From: Candidatus Saccharimonadota bacterium
Lineage (GTDB): Bacteria; Patescibacteriota; Saccharimonadia; Saccharimonadales; UBA4665
Length of the DNA stretch: 61,166 nt
Direction of reading: 5' to 3'
NCBI GenBank assembly: GCA_027346135.1
Contig: DAIESS010000002.1
Coordinates: forward strand, 1-61,166
Position 1 is the first letter of the stretch. Every line of letters starts with the position of its first letter. Shown one piece after another: positions 18,741-27,261 of this stretch. A program made the translations under genes and the position numbers. The notes under the pieces were generated by a model that saw only the letters and a program-made list of their open reading frames with translations, did not search any database and was not told the origin of the DNA.

Positions 18741-19844
18741 TTATTTAGTGACGTTGAATTTGAATTCCACGACATCGTTCGGCTGCATGACGTAAGTTTT
18801 GCCTTCGGTACGGACTTTGCCGGCGGCCTTGGCGGCAGCTAGCGGCGAGCCATTGGTCTGGTCGGCGCTTAGGGAGATGAGATCGTTGTAGTCGATAATT
18901 TGAGCGGCGATGAAGCCTTTCTCGAAGTCGCCGTGAATAACGCCCGCGGCTTGCGGGGCGGTAGCGCCCTTGTGAACCGTCCAGGCCCGTACCTCTTTTT
19001 CGCCAGCGGTAAGATAACTTTGCAAGCCAAGCGTGGCATAGGCGGCATGTATAAGTTGGATTAAGCCAGATTCCTTTACGCCATAGCTTTCGAGTAGTTC
19101 AGCGGCATCGGTGGCATCTAAGCTGCGCAGCTCACTTTCCAATTTGGCACAGACAAACAGGGCGGGTGACGGCGCAACCAATTCACGTAGTTTTTGCTGG
19201 TGGGCGGTGTCGGTCAAACCGTCTTCGTCAAGATTGAATACATATATTACTGGCTTAGCGGTTAACAACTGAAGGTCGGCAATGTGCTCGCGGTCGATGT
19301 CTGGTTGACTCCAGATGGGCTGGCCGCTGTCGAGCAGAGTGCGAACTTGTAAAATCGTGTCGAGTACGGGCTTTAATTTCGGGTTAGCTCGGGCTTCTTT
19401 TTCGAATTTATTAAGTCGGTTAGTAACGGTTTGTAAGTCGGCCAGGACCAATTCGGTGTTAATGACATCGATGTCTTTAGCCGGGTCGTGTTGCTCGTCG
19501 ACATGTTGAACGTTAGGGTCGTCAAAGGCCCGTACAACCTGCACGATGGCGTTCGTACTACGGATATGGCTCAAAAATTGATTACCCAGACCTTCACCCT
19601 TACTGGCGCCGGCTACCAGTCCAGCAATATCAACAAAGCTAACCGTTGCTGGAACGATATTGTTAGTTTTGTACAAAGAGGCTAGCTTTGTCAGCCGCTC
19701 ATCCGGTACGGGTACTATGCCGGTATTTGGTTCGATAGTCGCAAACGGATAATTAGCCGCCAGAATGTTGCTGTCGGTTAGGGCATTAAACAACGTGGAT
19801 TTACCAACGTTGGGCAAGCCGACGATGCCAATGGATAAGCTCAT
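18741..19844 (-). CDS. ychF: redox-regulated ATPase YchF
   Basis: GIVGLPNVGKSTLFNA, ANYPFATIEPN, DIAGLVAGASKGEGLGNQFL, TGS domain. Confidence 0.97.
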   Translation of the reverse strand: MSLSIGIVGLPNVGKSTLFNALTDSNILAANYPFATIEPNTGIVPVPDERLTKLASLYKTNNIVPATVSFVDIAGLVAGASKGEGLGNQFLSHIRSTNAIVQVVRAFDDPNVQHVDEQHDPAKDIDVINTELVLADLQTVTNRLNKFEKEARANPKLKPVLDTILQVRTLLDSGQPIWSQPDIDREHIADLQLLTAKPVIYVFNLDEDGLTDTAHQQKLRELVAPSPALFVCAKLESELRSLDATDAAELLESYGVKESGLIQLIHAAYATLGLQSYLTAGEKEVRAWTVHKGATAPQAAGVIHGDFEKGFIAAQIIDYNDLISLSADQTNGSPLAAAKAAGKVRTEGKTYVMQPNDVVEFKFNVTK

Positions 19845-19853
19845 AATTTATAT

Positions 19854-20565
19854 TGTAACAGAGGCAAAATAGTTGACAAAACATAATAGTTTTGCTATTA
19901 TACGGCCGAACTGTTGGAATAGTGGCGGCACTATTACTCTTTGGAGTTCCGTATTTTTAGTACGATGATGGTCGTGCTGCTTGCCAACGTTCGTTTATTT
20001 AACATGTCAGATTGTCCGGATATTTAGACGAGAGTTTAAGTGTCTAGTGTCACAGCAGGCGCACGACCGAGAGTCGCACACTTCCTGTGATACTAAACCC
20101 CGGTGTTTGGTTGCTCACTGATGTAAACCATGATTTTGACCCATCCCGAGTCAAACGTGGCGATTTACGAAAGGACACACCATGAACACGAGCGTCAAGA
20201 ACATCGTCATGCCTGTCCGCAAGGTCGGCACGAAGGTCGGCGTCGCCGTCACGGCAGTGGTCACCGCAACTGCTGGCGTCATCGAGCTGATCCTTACTGG
20301 GGGAAACTACCCCTGGAACTGATCGCTCTCTACGAACGCCGTTGCTGTTGGCTGACAACATATCGGCGTTTGTGTCGTTGGGCTAAGAGGCGGTGGACAT
20401 TCGTCCATCCAAAAGACGCGGTTCCAAACCGTACGTCCACCCCTCTAGCCCTGACGGCCCCCTTACACCCCAACCCTCACTCTCCTCAACAATCCACAAT
20501 CTGACATGTTTCTTTCCATATTTTTGAAAGTTCAGAGTTTATCTGGGTTTGAATAACATGTGGAA
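19854..20565 (+). other. structured-RNA cargo cassette, copy 1
   Basis: TTGACA(19873)-17-TATTAT(19896); leader homologous to 20596-20936; IR AACATGTCAGATTGT (20001-20015)/ACAATCTGACATGTT (20496-20510); trailer 20379-20565 homologous to 22562-22742. Confidence 0.8.
20182..20322 (+). CDS. 46-aa cargo peptide MNTSVKNIVMPVRKVGTKVGVAVTAVVTATAGVIELILTGGNYPWN
   Basis: GAAAGGA RBS (20169-20175) at the same position as in copy 2; 38 of 46 codons end in G/C; basic N-terminus, hydrophobic core, polar/aromatic tail. Confidence 0.75.
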   Translation: MNTSVKNIVMPVRKVGTKVGVAVTAVVTATAGVIELILTGGNYPWN

Positions 20566-20936
20566 GCAACTTCAACCGCCGGTTCACTAGGGCCCTGTAA
20601 CAGAGGCGAGATGGTTGACAAAACATAAAAGTTTTAGTATGATACAACAGCAATTTTGGAATTGTAGAGGCATTAGTATTATTTTGAGCGCCGTACGCAT
20701 GTACGATGACGCTCGTGCAGCTAACCAAAGTTCGCACATTAACATGTCAGATTGCAAAGATATATTAGCTGGATTTTTGAGTGTCTAGTATCGCAGCAGG
20801 TGCACGACAAATTATCGTTAATGGTCGCACTCTTACTGTGATACTGGACACCACATTGTGTTTGGTCAATCACGGCATGACACCATGATTTTGACTCATC
20901 CCGAGCCAAAACGTGGCTACCCGAAAGGGAACCCTC

Positions 20937-21809
20937 ATGAAGGACGGAAATCAGCTTGCCCGAAAGGCACTGGAGCTGCGCTTCAGCCTTTCCCGGGTGA
21001 TCGGTGGGCTTGTTGTGGCAATTGTCGGTTGCGTCGCCCTCGTCATGGGGACGAGCTTCACCGCCGATGCCGCCACGACCGTGACCACGGTGACCGCTTC
21101 GTACGCGGCCCCCACGGTGCAGTGCTCGCCGCTCGCGGTGGTCATCCCCAGTTCGCCTGGGTACGACTACTACATGTCGACCGGGCGCACCGGCTTCACG
21201 CTGGTGGCGGCTGGCAGCTACCCCGTGTCGACATCCGACCTCCCGGTCGGTGTATCGGTGCGACTGGCTGGTTCATCGCCCGATGGGCCCCCGCTGCAGT
21301 TCTGGGACCTGAGCGCGGACATCACGGCCTGTGGCACGACGACGTCAACAACGCCGCCGACGACCACCACGACCACTCCGCCGGTCACGACCACCACGTC
21401 GCCGCCGACGACCACCACGACCACGACAACGCCACCGACGACGACGTCAACAACGCCGCCGACGACCACCACGACCACTCCGCCGGTCACGACGACAACG
21501 ACGCACACCACGTCAACGACGCCGCCCACGGTGACTTCGACCTCTACGTCGTCTACGACTCCGGTCGTGACGAAGACGACCAAGACGTCGTCTCACGTAG
21601 TGGTCGTGGGGCACGGCAACAACCGCAACACCCCGAGTTCCACCTCGACCTCCGCCTCGCGTGCAGCGGGCGTGGGTACGGGTGGTCAGCTCGATGCAAC
21701 CAAGACCAGCAGCAGCTTCCCGCTGCTCCCGGTCGGTCTCATCGCCGCCGGCCTCCTGCTGGCAGCGACAGGCCTGAGGAAGCCCCAGCGTGTCAGGGCG
21801 ACACGCTGA
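20937..21809 (+). CDS. Thr/Pro-rich secreted, sortase-anchored surface protein (actinobacterial type)
   Basis: GAAAGGGA RBS; signal peptide ending ..ADA; mucin-like T/P tract; C-terminal GVGTGG, hydrophobic helix and RKPQRVRATR tail; very high GC. Confidence 0.75.
   Translation: MKDGNQLARKALELRFSLSRVIGGLVVAIVGCVALVMGTSFTADAATTVTTVTASYAAPTVQCSPLAVVIPSSPGYDYYMSTGRTGFTLVAAGSYPVSTSDLPVGVSVRLAGSSPDGPPLQFWDLSADITACGTTTSTTPPTTTTTTPPVTTTTSPPTTTTTTTTPPTTTSTTPPTTTTTTPPVTTTTTHTTSTTPPTVTSTSTSSTTPVVTKTTKTSSHVVVVGHGNNRNTPSSTSTSASRAAGVGTGGQLDATKTSSSFPLLPVGLIAAGLLLAATGLRKPQRVRATR
21336..21493 (+). repeat. 56-bp exact direct repeat (21336-21391 and 21438-21493) in the Thr-rich tract
   Basis: ACGACGACGTCAACAACGCCGCCGACGACCACCACGACCACTCCGCCGGTCACGAC occurs twice, 102 bp (34 codons) apart. 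Confidence 0.85.
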
Positions 21810-22569
21810 GCACAGCGGTCACCGCTGGCTCAACTGGTCGGTAGCCCTCGGAGTAACCCTGGTTATGCTGGGGATGGTCCTTTGGGCTACCGGCCAACTG
21901 GGGACAGTTGCTGGAAGTAGCGCTTCGGCTCAGCCGACGCGAACCTTGCCAGTAACACCCTCAGGTTCGGCGGTGCCGCCAACGTCGTCTTCGTCGACGA
22001 CCACTGGTGCGCCGCGACCCGCGACGACACCAACACCAACTCACAAGGCAAAATCGACGACGGCTACTCCGCCATCAGCGGTAACTTCGCACAGAATTGT
22101 CTCGGTCGAGATTCCTGCTATTGGGGTCAAGGCCAAGGCAAGCGGAGGCATCGTGCCAACGGCGTCATCGCGCTGCGAGGGTAGTGGCGTAGCTATCTGC
22201 TACGACCCACCGGTGTTAACCGAGGTGGCCTGGGGCTCGCTCTGCGCGCTACCAAGCATCCCCTCGCACGACACCGTGTGTCTGTTTGGTCACAGTAATC
22301 GCTTCTATCCGGACAGGCAGGTCTTCAACGACCTACCCAAGCTACGGACTGGCGACAAAATCATCGTGACGACAGACACGGCGGTTTTCATCTACCGGAT
22401 GGATAAAAACCCGATTTGGGTAAACTTCAACCGTGTAAGTGAGTCCGACTGGGTTTGGGCGAAAGTTCCGAACCGACTCGTTGCCATTACGTGCACGATT
22501 GGCTCCAGTAGCTATACGGGAGCAACCGTCGCGGAGGCGACAATCGTGTCGGTTCGGCCGCTGGGCTAA
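21790..22569 (+). CDS. class F sortase (actinobacterial type)
   Basis: N-terminal TM, S/T/P linker, VEIPAIGV, catalytic His in LFGHS, F..L..LRTGD.I.V, catalytic Cys in LVAITC; overlaps the end of its likely substrate gene. Confidence 0.8.
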   Translation: MSGRHAEHSGHRWLNWSVALGVTLVMLGMVLWATGQLGTVAGSSASAQPTRTLPVTPSGSAVPPTSSSSTTTGAPRPATTPTPTHKAKSTTATPPSAVTSHRIVSVEIPAIGVKAKASGGIVPTASSRCEGSGVAICYDPPVLTEVAWGSLCALPSIPSHDTVCLFGHSNRFYPDRQVFNDLPKLRTGDKIIVTTDTAVFIYRMDKNPIWVNFNRVSESDWVWAKVPNRLVAITCTIGSSSYTGATVAEATIVSVRPLG

Positions 22570-22796
22570 GAGGCGGTGGACGTTTGTCCATTTAAAAGAC
22601 GCGGCTAACGCCGTACGTTCACCCCCTCTGGCTCTGGTGGTATATATCACTCTTGCCTTAATCGGCAGCCCGCAATCTGACATGTTTTCCTCCATAATTT
22701 TGAAAGTTCAGAAGCCTTCTGGGTTTGAATAAATATATGGAAGAGGCCGAAGCATGGCCTATTCTTATTGTGCTTGTGGTTTGGTATAGTACATCT

Positions 22797-23321
22797 ATGA
22801 GTGAAATTGTGCTCGACCCAGAGACGGCCGCTAGAAATAAACATCGTCTGCACATAAACCCTCGAACGATGTTGCTGGTTTTGGCCTTGCTAGTATTAGT
22901 GGGTATTGGTTGGGGTGTGCAGTATGTGCTGTTACACCGGACTACAAAGCCTAAGAACACGGTCGCCGATACGTCGCAGAATAGTAGTTATGCCCAATCG
23001 CTCAACGACTGGCGTCAAAAGTTAGCCGCCGCTAAAACGCCGCAGGAAAAGAGCGCTGCTCACCAGGGTTTGGCCAATGTCGAAAGTGCCCAGGGTAATA
23101 ACACGGCTGCTCTAGCCGATGCCCAGGCTGCGGTCAGCAGTGACGGCACCTCTTATGCTGCCTATGCCGTTCTGGCAATGGTAAAAATGCAGGCAGGGGA
23201 CAATGCCGGAGCAATTGCAGCTTATAAAAAAGCTGCGGAACTCGCTCGTGCCACGGGCACGCCGGAAGGTATTCGTGGCGCAAGTGATTACGAAATAATG
23301 GCAGCGAGCGTGGGGCGCTAG
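22797..23321 (+). CDS. membrane-anchored TPR-like protein
   Basis: One TM followed by Ala-rich TPR-like helices (AYAVLA....QAGDNAGAIAAYKKA). ATG 6 nt after TATAGT. Confidence 0.7.
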   Translation: MSEIVLDPETAARNKHRLHINPRTMLLVLALLVLVGIGWGVQYVLLHRTTKPKNTVADTSQNSSYAQSLNDWRQKLAAAKTPQEKSAAHQGLANVESAQGNNTAALADAQAAVSSDGTSYAAYAVLAMVKMQAGDNAGAIAAYKKAAELARATGTPEGIRGASDYEIMAASVGR

Positions 23322-23323
23322 CG

Positions 23324-25522
23324 ATGAAAATTAACAAGAAATTCAGAGCTCTACTTACTGGCTTGTTCGTTGCGAGCGTCGCCTTTGTGGTGGCCAGCCA
23401 AAGTACGGTCTCGGCCTATACTCTTATTTCCGGAACAGGTTACTTTACTGGCACTAGTCAAAGTGCCGATGGTGATAGCTACGCTTATGACGTTATTGCA
23501 GCTCGCCAGTATGGCTACAACGCCATTCCGTCGAGTGTCTACTCTGGCGTAAGCAGCAGCCAGTTAAAAAGCAACTTTATAAACTGGCTGAATGGCTACG
23601 TTGCCCAAAACAGTACAGCCAACACCCACAACGAAGTTGGTGGCGCATTTATTGTTAATGCCATGTTGGGGCGTGCATCGGGCTCACGGACGCTTTATAT
23701 AAGTACGGCTATGTGGAACGACCTGGTGGCTAGAATTAGCCAATCCGGCATCACGGCGTCTTGGGTGACGGTCGACCCGAACTCATTGTCAGGGACGACT
23801 TCGTTTAACAACTATAACGTTGGTAAAAGTGGTGGGGATGTCTTTTTCCATTATTGGAATGCTGTCCCTCGACCCGTTATCGAATTTAGGAATTCGGCCG
23901 GTACGTTAGTGTTTGCCATTGAGATTCCTTGCGGTAACCCATTGGGTGGGTTCCCGGGCTTACCACAAGTGCCGCCAGCTACCCTGGATGGGTATAAAAT
24001 GAGTAATACCGGCAGCACGTCTGGCTTTGAATATTCGGGTCTACCCGTAAGTGTGAGTGGCGTAACTACCACAACGGGCAACCCTTTTTACTTCTCGGGC
24101 GGCTCGGCCATAACAATGTCGGGTAGCTTATCGACGACACAAACTGTTTCGGTTAATACTACAAACTTAACCAAGGGTTGGGCTGTGATTGGCCACTCCA
24201 TTTGTGATGGTACGGCCGATCCGACCGGTTGTACGAATGCAAACTTGTCCTATGGCGCTAAGTACTACGTATCGTCATCGGCTTCCAGCTTTAGTTATGT
24301 CTTCAAGAGCGGCCACCAATACCATATGCGCTGGTTCTTTAAGTCGCTAGTTGTGTTGTCATGCGCGAACTTCACAACCAACCCGACCGAGCTTGATCCG
24401 TTTACGGCTTTCACGGCCATAGCCAAAGTAAACCTCGGTACAACTGCCGCCGTACCAGCCAACCAGAACATAGCTTTAATTCTTAAAAACAGTGCTGGCG
24501 TAACCAAGTATGGTCCGGTAAACGTAGTCCCAACCACGTCGAGCGGTACATCTACTTCGACCTATTCACCGGTTGGACCGTTACCAGGGGAGACATATAG
24601 TGTTACATGGGTCTATACAGCCACGGGCTACAGCATAACCTGTAATAGCAGCCTGGTCGTAGCATATATGCCGTTCTTAGCGGTTTATGGCGGAGATATG
24701 ATAGCCGGCAATTCACCTCAAGTTGACGCTGCCGGCAACGCAGCGGGTTGCTACAGCAACAACTCAGCCGGAATTTATTCGTGGAATACGGGCTCACCGG
24801 CTTATATGGGCGCAGGGGCTTCCTATGCTGTCATGGCACTAGGCCAAATTCAAGATTTTGCTAGCGCACTGGGAAACTCGGCGCCAGACAGATTGGCGTT
24901 CGCTAATACGACGGCTAAGCATAATGTGGCAAGCGGACTTTTTGGCGGCGATGCCGGCAGTGTGCCTGCCAGCTGTGACTTTACGACCAACCAAGCTGTT
25001 ACCGATACGGGCAACACGATCATAAATGGCCACGTTGTAGGTGTTAGTTCCACTAAGACTGAAGATCGTTATGTTAAGGGCGGTGATGTTAGCATTACCG
25101 GTGATATTGTCTACAACGGCATTGGCGGCTGGGCTAAACTAGCCGATATCCCGAGCTTTAAGCTTGTCGTTGTGGGCGGAGACATCTACATCAATGCTAG
25201 CGTTCACGAGCTGGACGGCATATATGTTGCCATACCGGATTCAACCGGCAAGGGCGGTCATATTTACACCTGTGCCAGTGGTTTTACGCCGATGCTAACC
25301 TCGAGTGCTACCTATTACTCGGATTGCAACAGACCACTTGTAATTAATGGTAGTTTTACGGCTAAACAGGTTCAGTTCTTACGTACATTCGGTTCGTTGC
25401 GTCAGCCGGGTAATATATCGGCCGAGACCTTCAACTATGGGCCTGAAGTTTGGTTGCCGCGAAATACGACCTCCACTAGACAAAGCTATAATTCAATAAC
25501 GGGCTTGCCGCCAGTACTATAA
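23324..25522 (+). CDS. large secreted S/T/G-rich beta protein, probable pilus-associated adhesin
   Basis: Signal peptide (..TVSA), paired Cys residues, C-terminal GGDIYI...LVING...LPPVL region; directly upstream of pilM. Confidence 0.65.
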   Translation: MKINKKFRALLTGLFVASVAFVVASQSTVSAYTLISGTGYFTGTSQSADGDSYAYDVIAARQYGYNAIPSSVYSGVSSSQLKSNFINWLNGYVAQNSTANTHNEVGGAFIVNAMLGRASGSRTLYISTAMWNDLVARISQSGITASWVTVDPNSLSGTTSFNNYNVGKSGGDVFFHYWNAVPRPVIEFRNSAGTLVFAIEIPCGNPLGGFPGLPQVPPATLDGYKMSNTGSTSGFEYSGLPVSVSGVTTTTGNPFYFSGGSAITMSGSLSTTQTVSVNTTNLTKGWAVIGHSICDGTADPTGCTNANLSYGAKYYVSSSASSFSYVFKSGHQYHMRWFFKSLVVLSCANFTTNPTELDPFTAFTAIAKVNLGTTAAVPANQNIALILKNSAGVTKYGPVNVVPTTSSGTSTSTYSPVGPLPGETYSVTWVYTATGYSITCNSSLVVAYMPFLAVYGGDMIAGNSPQVDAAGNAAGCYSNNSAGIYSWNTGSPAYMGAGASYAVMALGQIQDFASALGNSAPDRLAFANTTAKHNVASGLFGGDAGSVPASCDFTTNQAVTDTGNTIINGHVVGVSSTKTEDRYVKGGDVSITGDIVYNGIGGWAKLADIPSFKLVVVGGDIYINASVHELDGIYVAIPDSTGKGGHIYTCASGFTPMLTSSATYYSDCNRPLVINGSFTAKQVQFLRTFGSLRQPGNISAETFNYGPEVWLPRNTTSTRQSYNSITGLPPVL

Positions 25523-25568
25523 TTATGGTTGTCTTTACTAATGATGCTTATGGTATAATTTCAGCAAT

Positions 25569-26609
25569 ATGAGTATATTGAGTGGGGTATCGGCCTTCTT
25601 TGGACTAGACATCGGTAGCACGGCTATACGATTAGTTGAATTGCACGGTAATGGCGGCCAGAAATCGTTGGTCAAATATGCCTACATGCCCATCGAAAGC
25701 AAAATTGCTCTGAGCGACTCCAGGAACGACCAGCAGCGCTTGGCCCAAGCTATCGCTCAGCTGATTGACCAAGCCCGCTTGAGTACCAAGAACGTTGCCG
25801 TTGGCATACCGTCATCTCGCGTCTTTACGACTGTCGCCGATATCGATCGCTTACCCAATAACGAGCTGGCTAAGGCTATTCGCTATCAGGCGGATGCATT
25901 AATTCCGACACCGCTTAACGAGTCTAAGCTCGATTGGGCGTTACTTGGCGATTCGCCGAAAGAGCAGACTAAACTCGAGATTCTTTTGTCGAGCGTGCCG
26001 AATGCTTTTATTGAACAACGTCTGGATATGCTCGAATCGATTGGTTTGAACGTGATTGCCTTTGAGCCCGATAACTTGGCCTTGAGCCGGGCATTGGTGC
26101 CACATGATGCCACGACACCGCAGATGGTTCTCGATATTGGCCAGAAGAACACCGATCTTGTTATTCTTATGAACGGTACGCCACGTCTAACCCGGGCTAT
26201 ACCAACCGGCATGGAAGCTGTCATTCGATCGGCCATCCAAAACTTAAATGTCGACGAAAAACAGGCCGAGCAATTTGTATTTAAGTTTGGTCTTGGCAAA
26301 GACAAACTTGACGGCCAGGTCTATCAAGCAATTATCGGTACTATCGATATATTGATTGGTGAAATCGATAAATCGATTAAATTTTTCCAAACACGCTATA
26401 CCGACGCTAAGCTTGAGCGCATGATTGTAACCGGTGGCGCATCAGTCTTACCGGAATTTCCATTGCTGCTTGCTAACAAATTCGGTGTGAACGTTGAAAT
26501 TGGCAATGCCTGGCGGAATGTTGCAGTCTCGTCTGATCGTCAAAACGAACTTTTGGCCATATCTAACCAATTTGGGGTAGCCGTAGGCCTGGCGGAGCGA
26601 AGCGAATGA
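25569..26609 (+). CDS. pilM: type IV pilus assembly protein PilM
   Basis: FGLDIGSTAIRLVEL, LDIG...T, IVTGGAS, AVGLA actin-like fold. Confidence 0.93.
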   Translation: MSILSGVSAFFGLDIGSTAIRLVELHGNGGQKSLVKYAYMPIESKIALSDSRNDQQRLAQAIAQLIDQARLSTKNVAVGIPSSRVFTTVADIDRLPNNELAKAIRYQADALIPTPLNESKLDWALLGDSPKEQTKLEILLSSVPNAFIEQRLDMLESIGLNVIAFEPDNLALSRALVPHDATTPQMVLDIGQKNTDLVILMNGTPRLTRAIPTGMEAVIRSAIQNLNVDEKQAEQFVFKFGLGKDKLDGQVYQAIIGTIDILIGEIDKSIKFFQTRYTDAKLERMIVTGGASVLPEFPLLLANKFGVNVEIGNAWRNVAVSSDRQNELLAISNQFGVAVGLAERSE

Positions 26610-27259
26610 TCCAATTTAACCTCTTACCAGACGTAAAATTACAGTACATTAAAGCACAGCGCACCAAGCATACTGTTGTTACCATTTCAGTGCTAGCGGG
26701 TGCAGCCGCTCTGGTGCTGTTTGTATTCTTAATCTTGTCAGTTGATGTCGTTCAGAAGAAACTCATGAGCGATAAATCTAAGCAGATCAATCAGCTTAGC
26801 AGCGAGATACGCAAGACGCCTAACTTATCAAAGATGTTGACGGTACAGGCGCAACTTAACCAGTTAACCGCCCTGCATGACTCTAAGCCGGTCATGTCAC
26901 GGCTGTTAGAGTACATGAATAAGTTAACGCCGACGTCGGTTTCGATATCTCAGCTCTCGCTCGACAACCAGGCCAAGACCATGGTTATAAGTGGCACGGC
27001 CGATACGCTCGATAGTGTTAACGCCTTCACTGACTCTCTAAAATATACCACTTACCAGGTCGACGGTTCGGACCAGCCGGCTAAGAATGCTTTTTCTAAC
27101 GTTGTCCTAACTAACATTAACCGCGATAGCACGCGCGCAACCTTTAGCCTTAGCTTGTCGTTCGATGACACCATCTTCAACAACGCCGGTAATGTTACGC
27201 TTACGGTCAACAAATCAGTCGCCGAGCAGGCCGCCGCAATAATCACCAAGGGGCAATAA
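26606..27259 (+). CDS. pilN: type IV pilus assembly protein PilN
   Basis: IQFNLLP N-terminal motif, TM and coiled coil; follows pilM. Confidence 0.85.
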   Translation: MIQFNLLPDVKLQYIKAQRTKHTVVTISVLAGAAALVLFVFLILSVDVVQKKLMSDKSKQINQLSSEIRKTPNLSKMLTVQAQLNQLTALHDSKPVMSRLLEYMNKLTPTSVSISQLSLDNQAKTMVISGTADTLDSVNAFTDSLKYTTYQVDGSDQPAKNAFSNVVLTNINRDSTRATFSLSLSFDDTIFNNAGNVTLTVNKSVAEQAAAIITKGQ

Positions 27260-27261
27260 TT

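Larger units (their letters stand above)
20596..22745 (+). other. structured-RNA cargo cassette, copy 2
   Basis: TTGACA(20615)-17-TATGAT(20638); IR AACATGTCAGATTGC (20741-20755)/GCAATCTGACATGTT (22672-22686); conserved trailer starts TGGGCTAAGAGGCGGTGGAC at 22562. Confidence 0.8.

Noticed and set aside
20050..20504. ORF-track ORFs 20130-20504(+), 20050-20361(-), 20858-21844(+), 21218-21583(-) and 21331-21534(+)
   Set aside because: Shadow frames of GC-rich cargo and scaffold. They lack an RBS, and their His/Arg/Val-rich translations are frame-shifted readings of the Thr repeats or the 46-aa peptide.
21330..21560. ACG/ACC-rich repeats as a CRISPR array or non-coding satellite
   Set aside because: They are in-frame Thr/Pro codon repeats inside a CDS, with no repeat-spacer periodicity and no cas genes.
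20001..22686. Cassettes as IS/MITE elements or integron cassettes
   Set aside because: No transposase or integron integrase, no evident target-site duplication or attC-type ends, and homology extends beyond the inverted repeats to the promoter and terminal hairpin. Not fully excluded.
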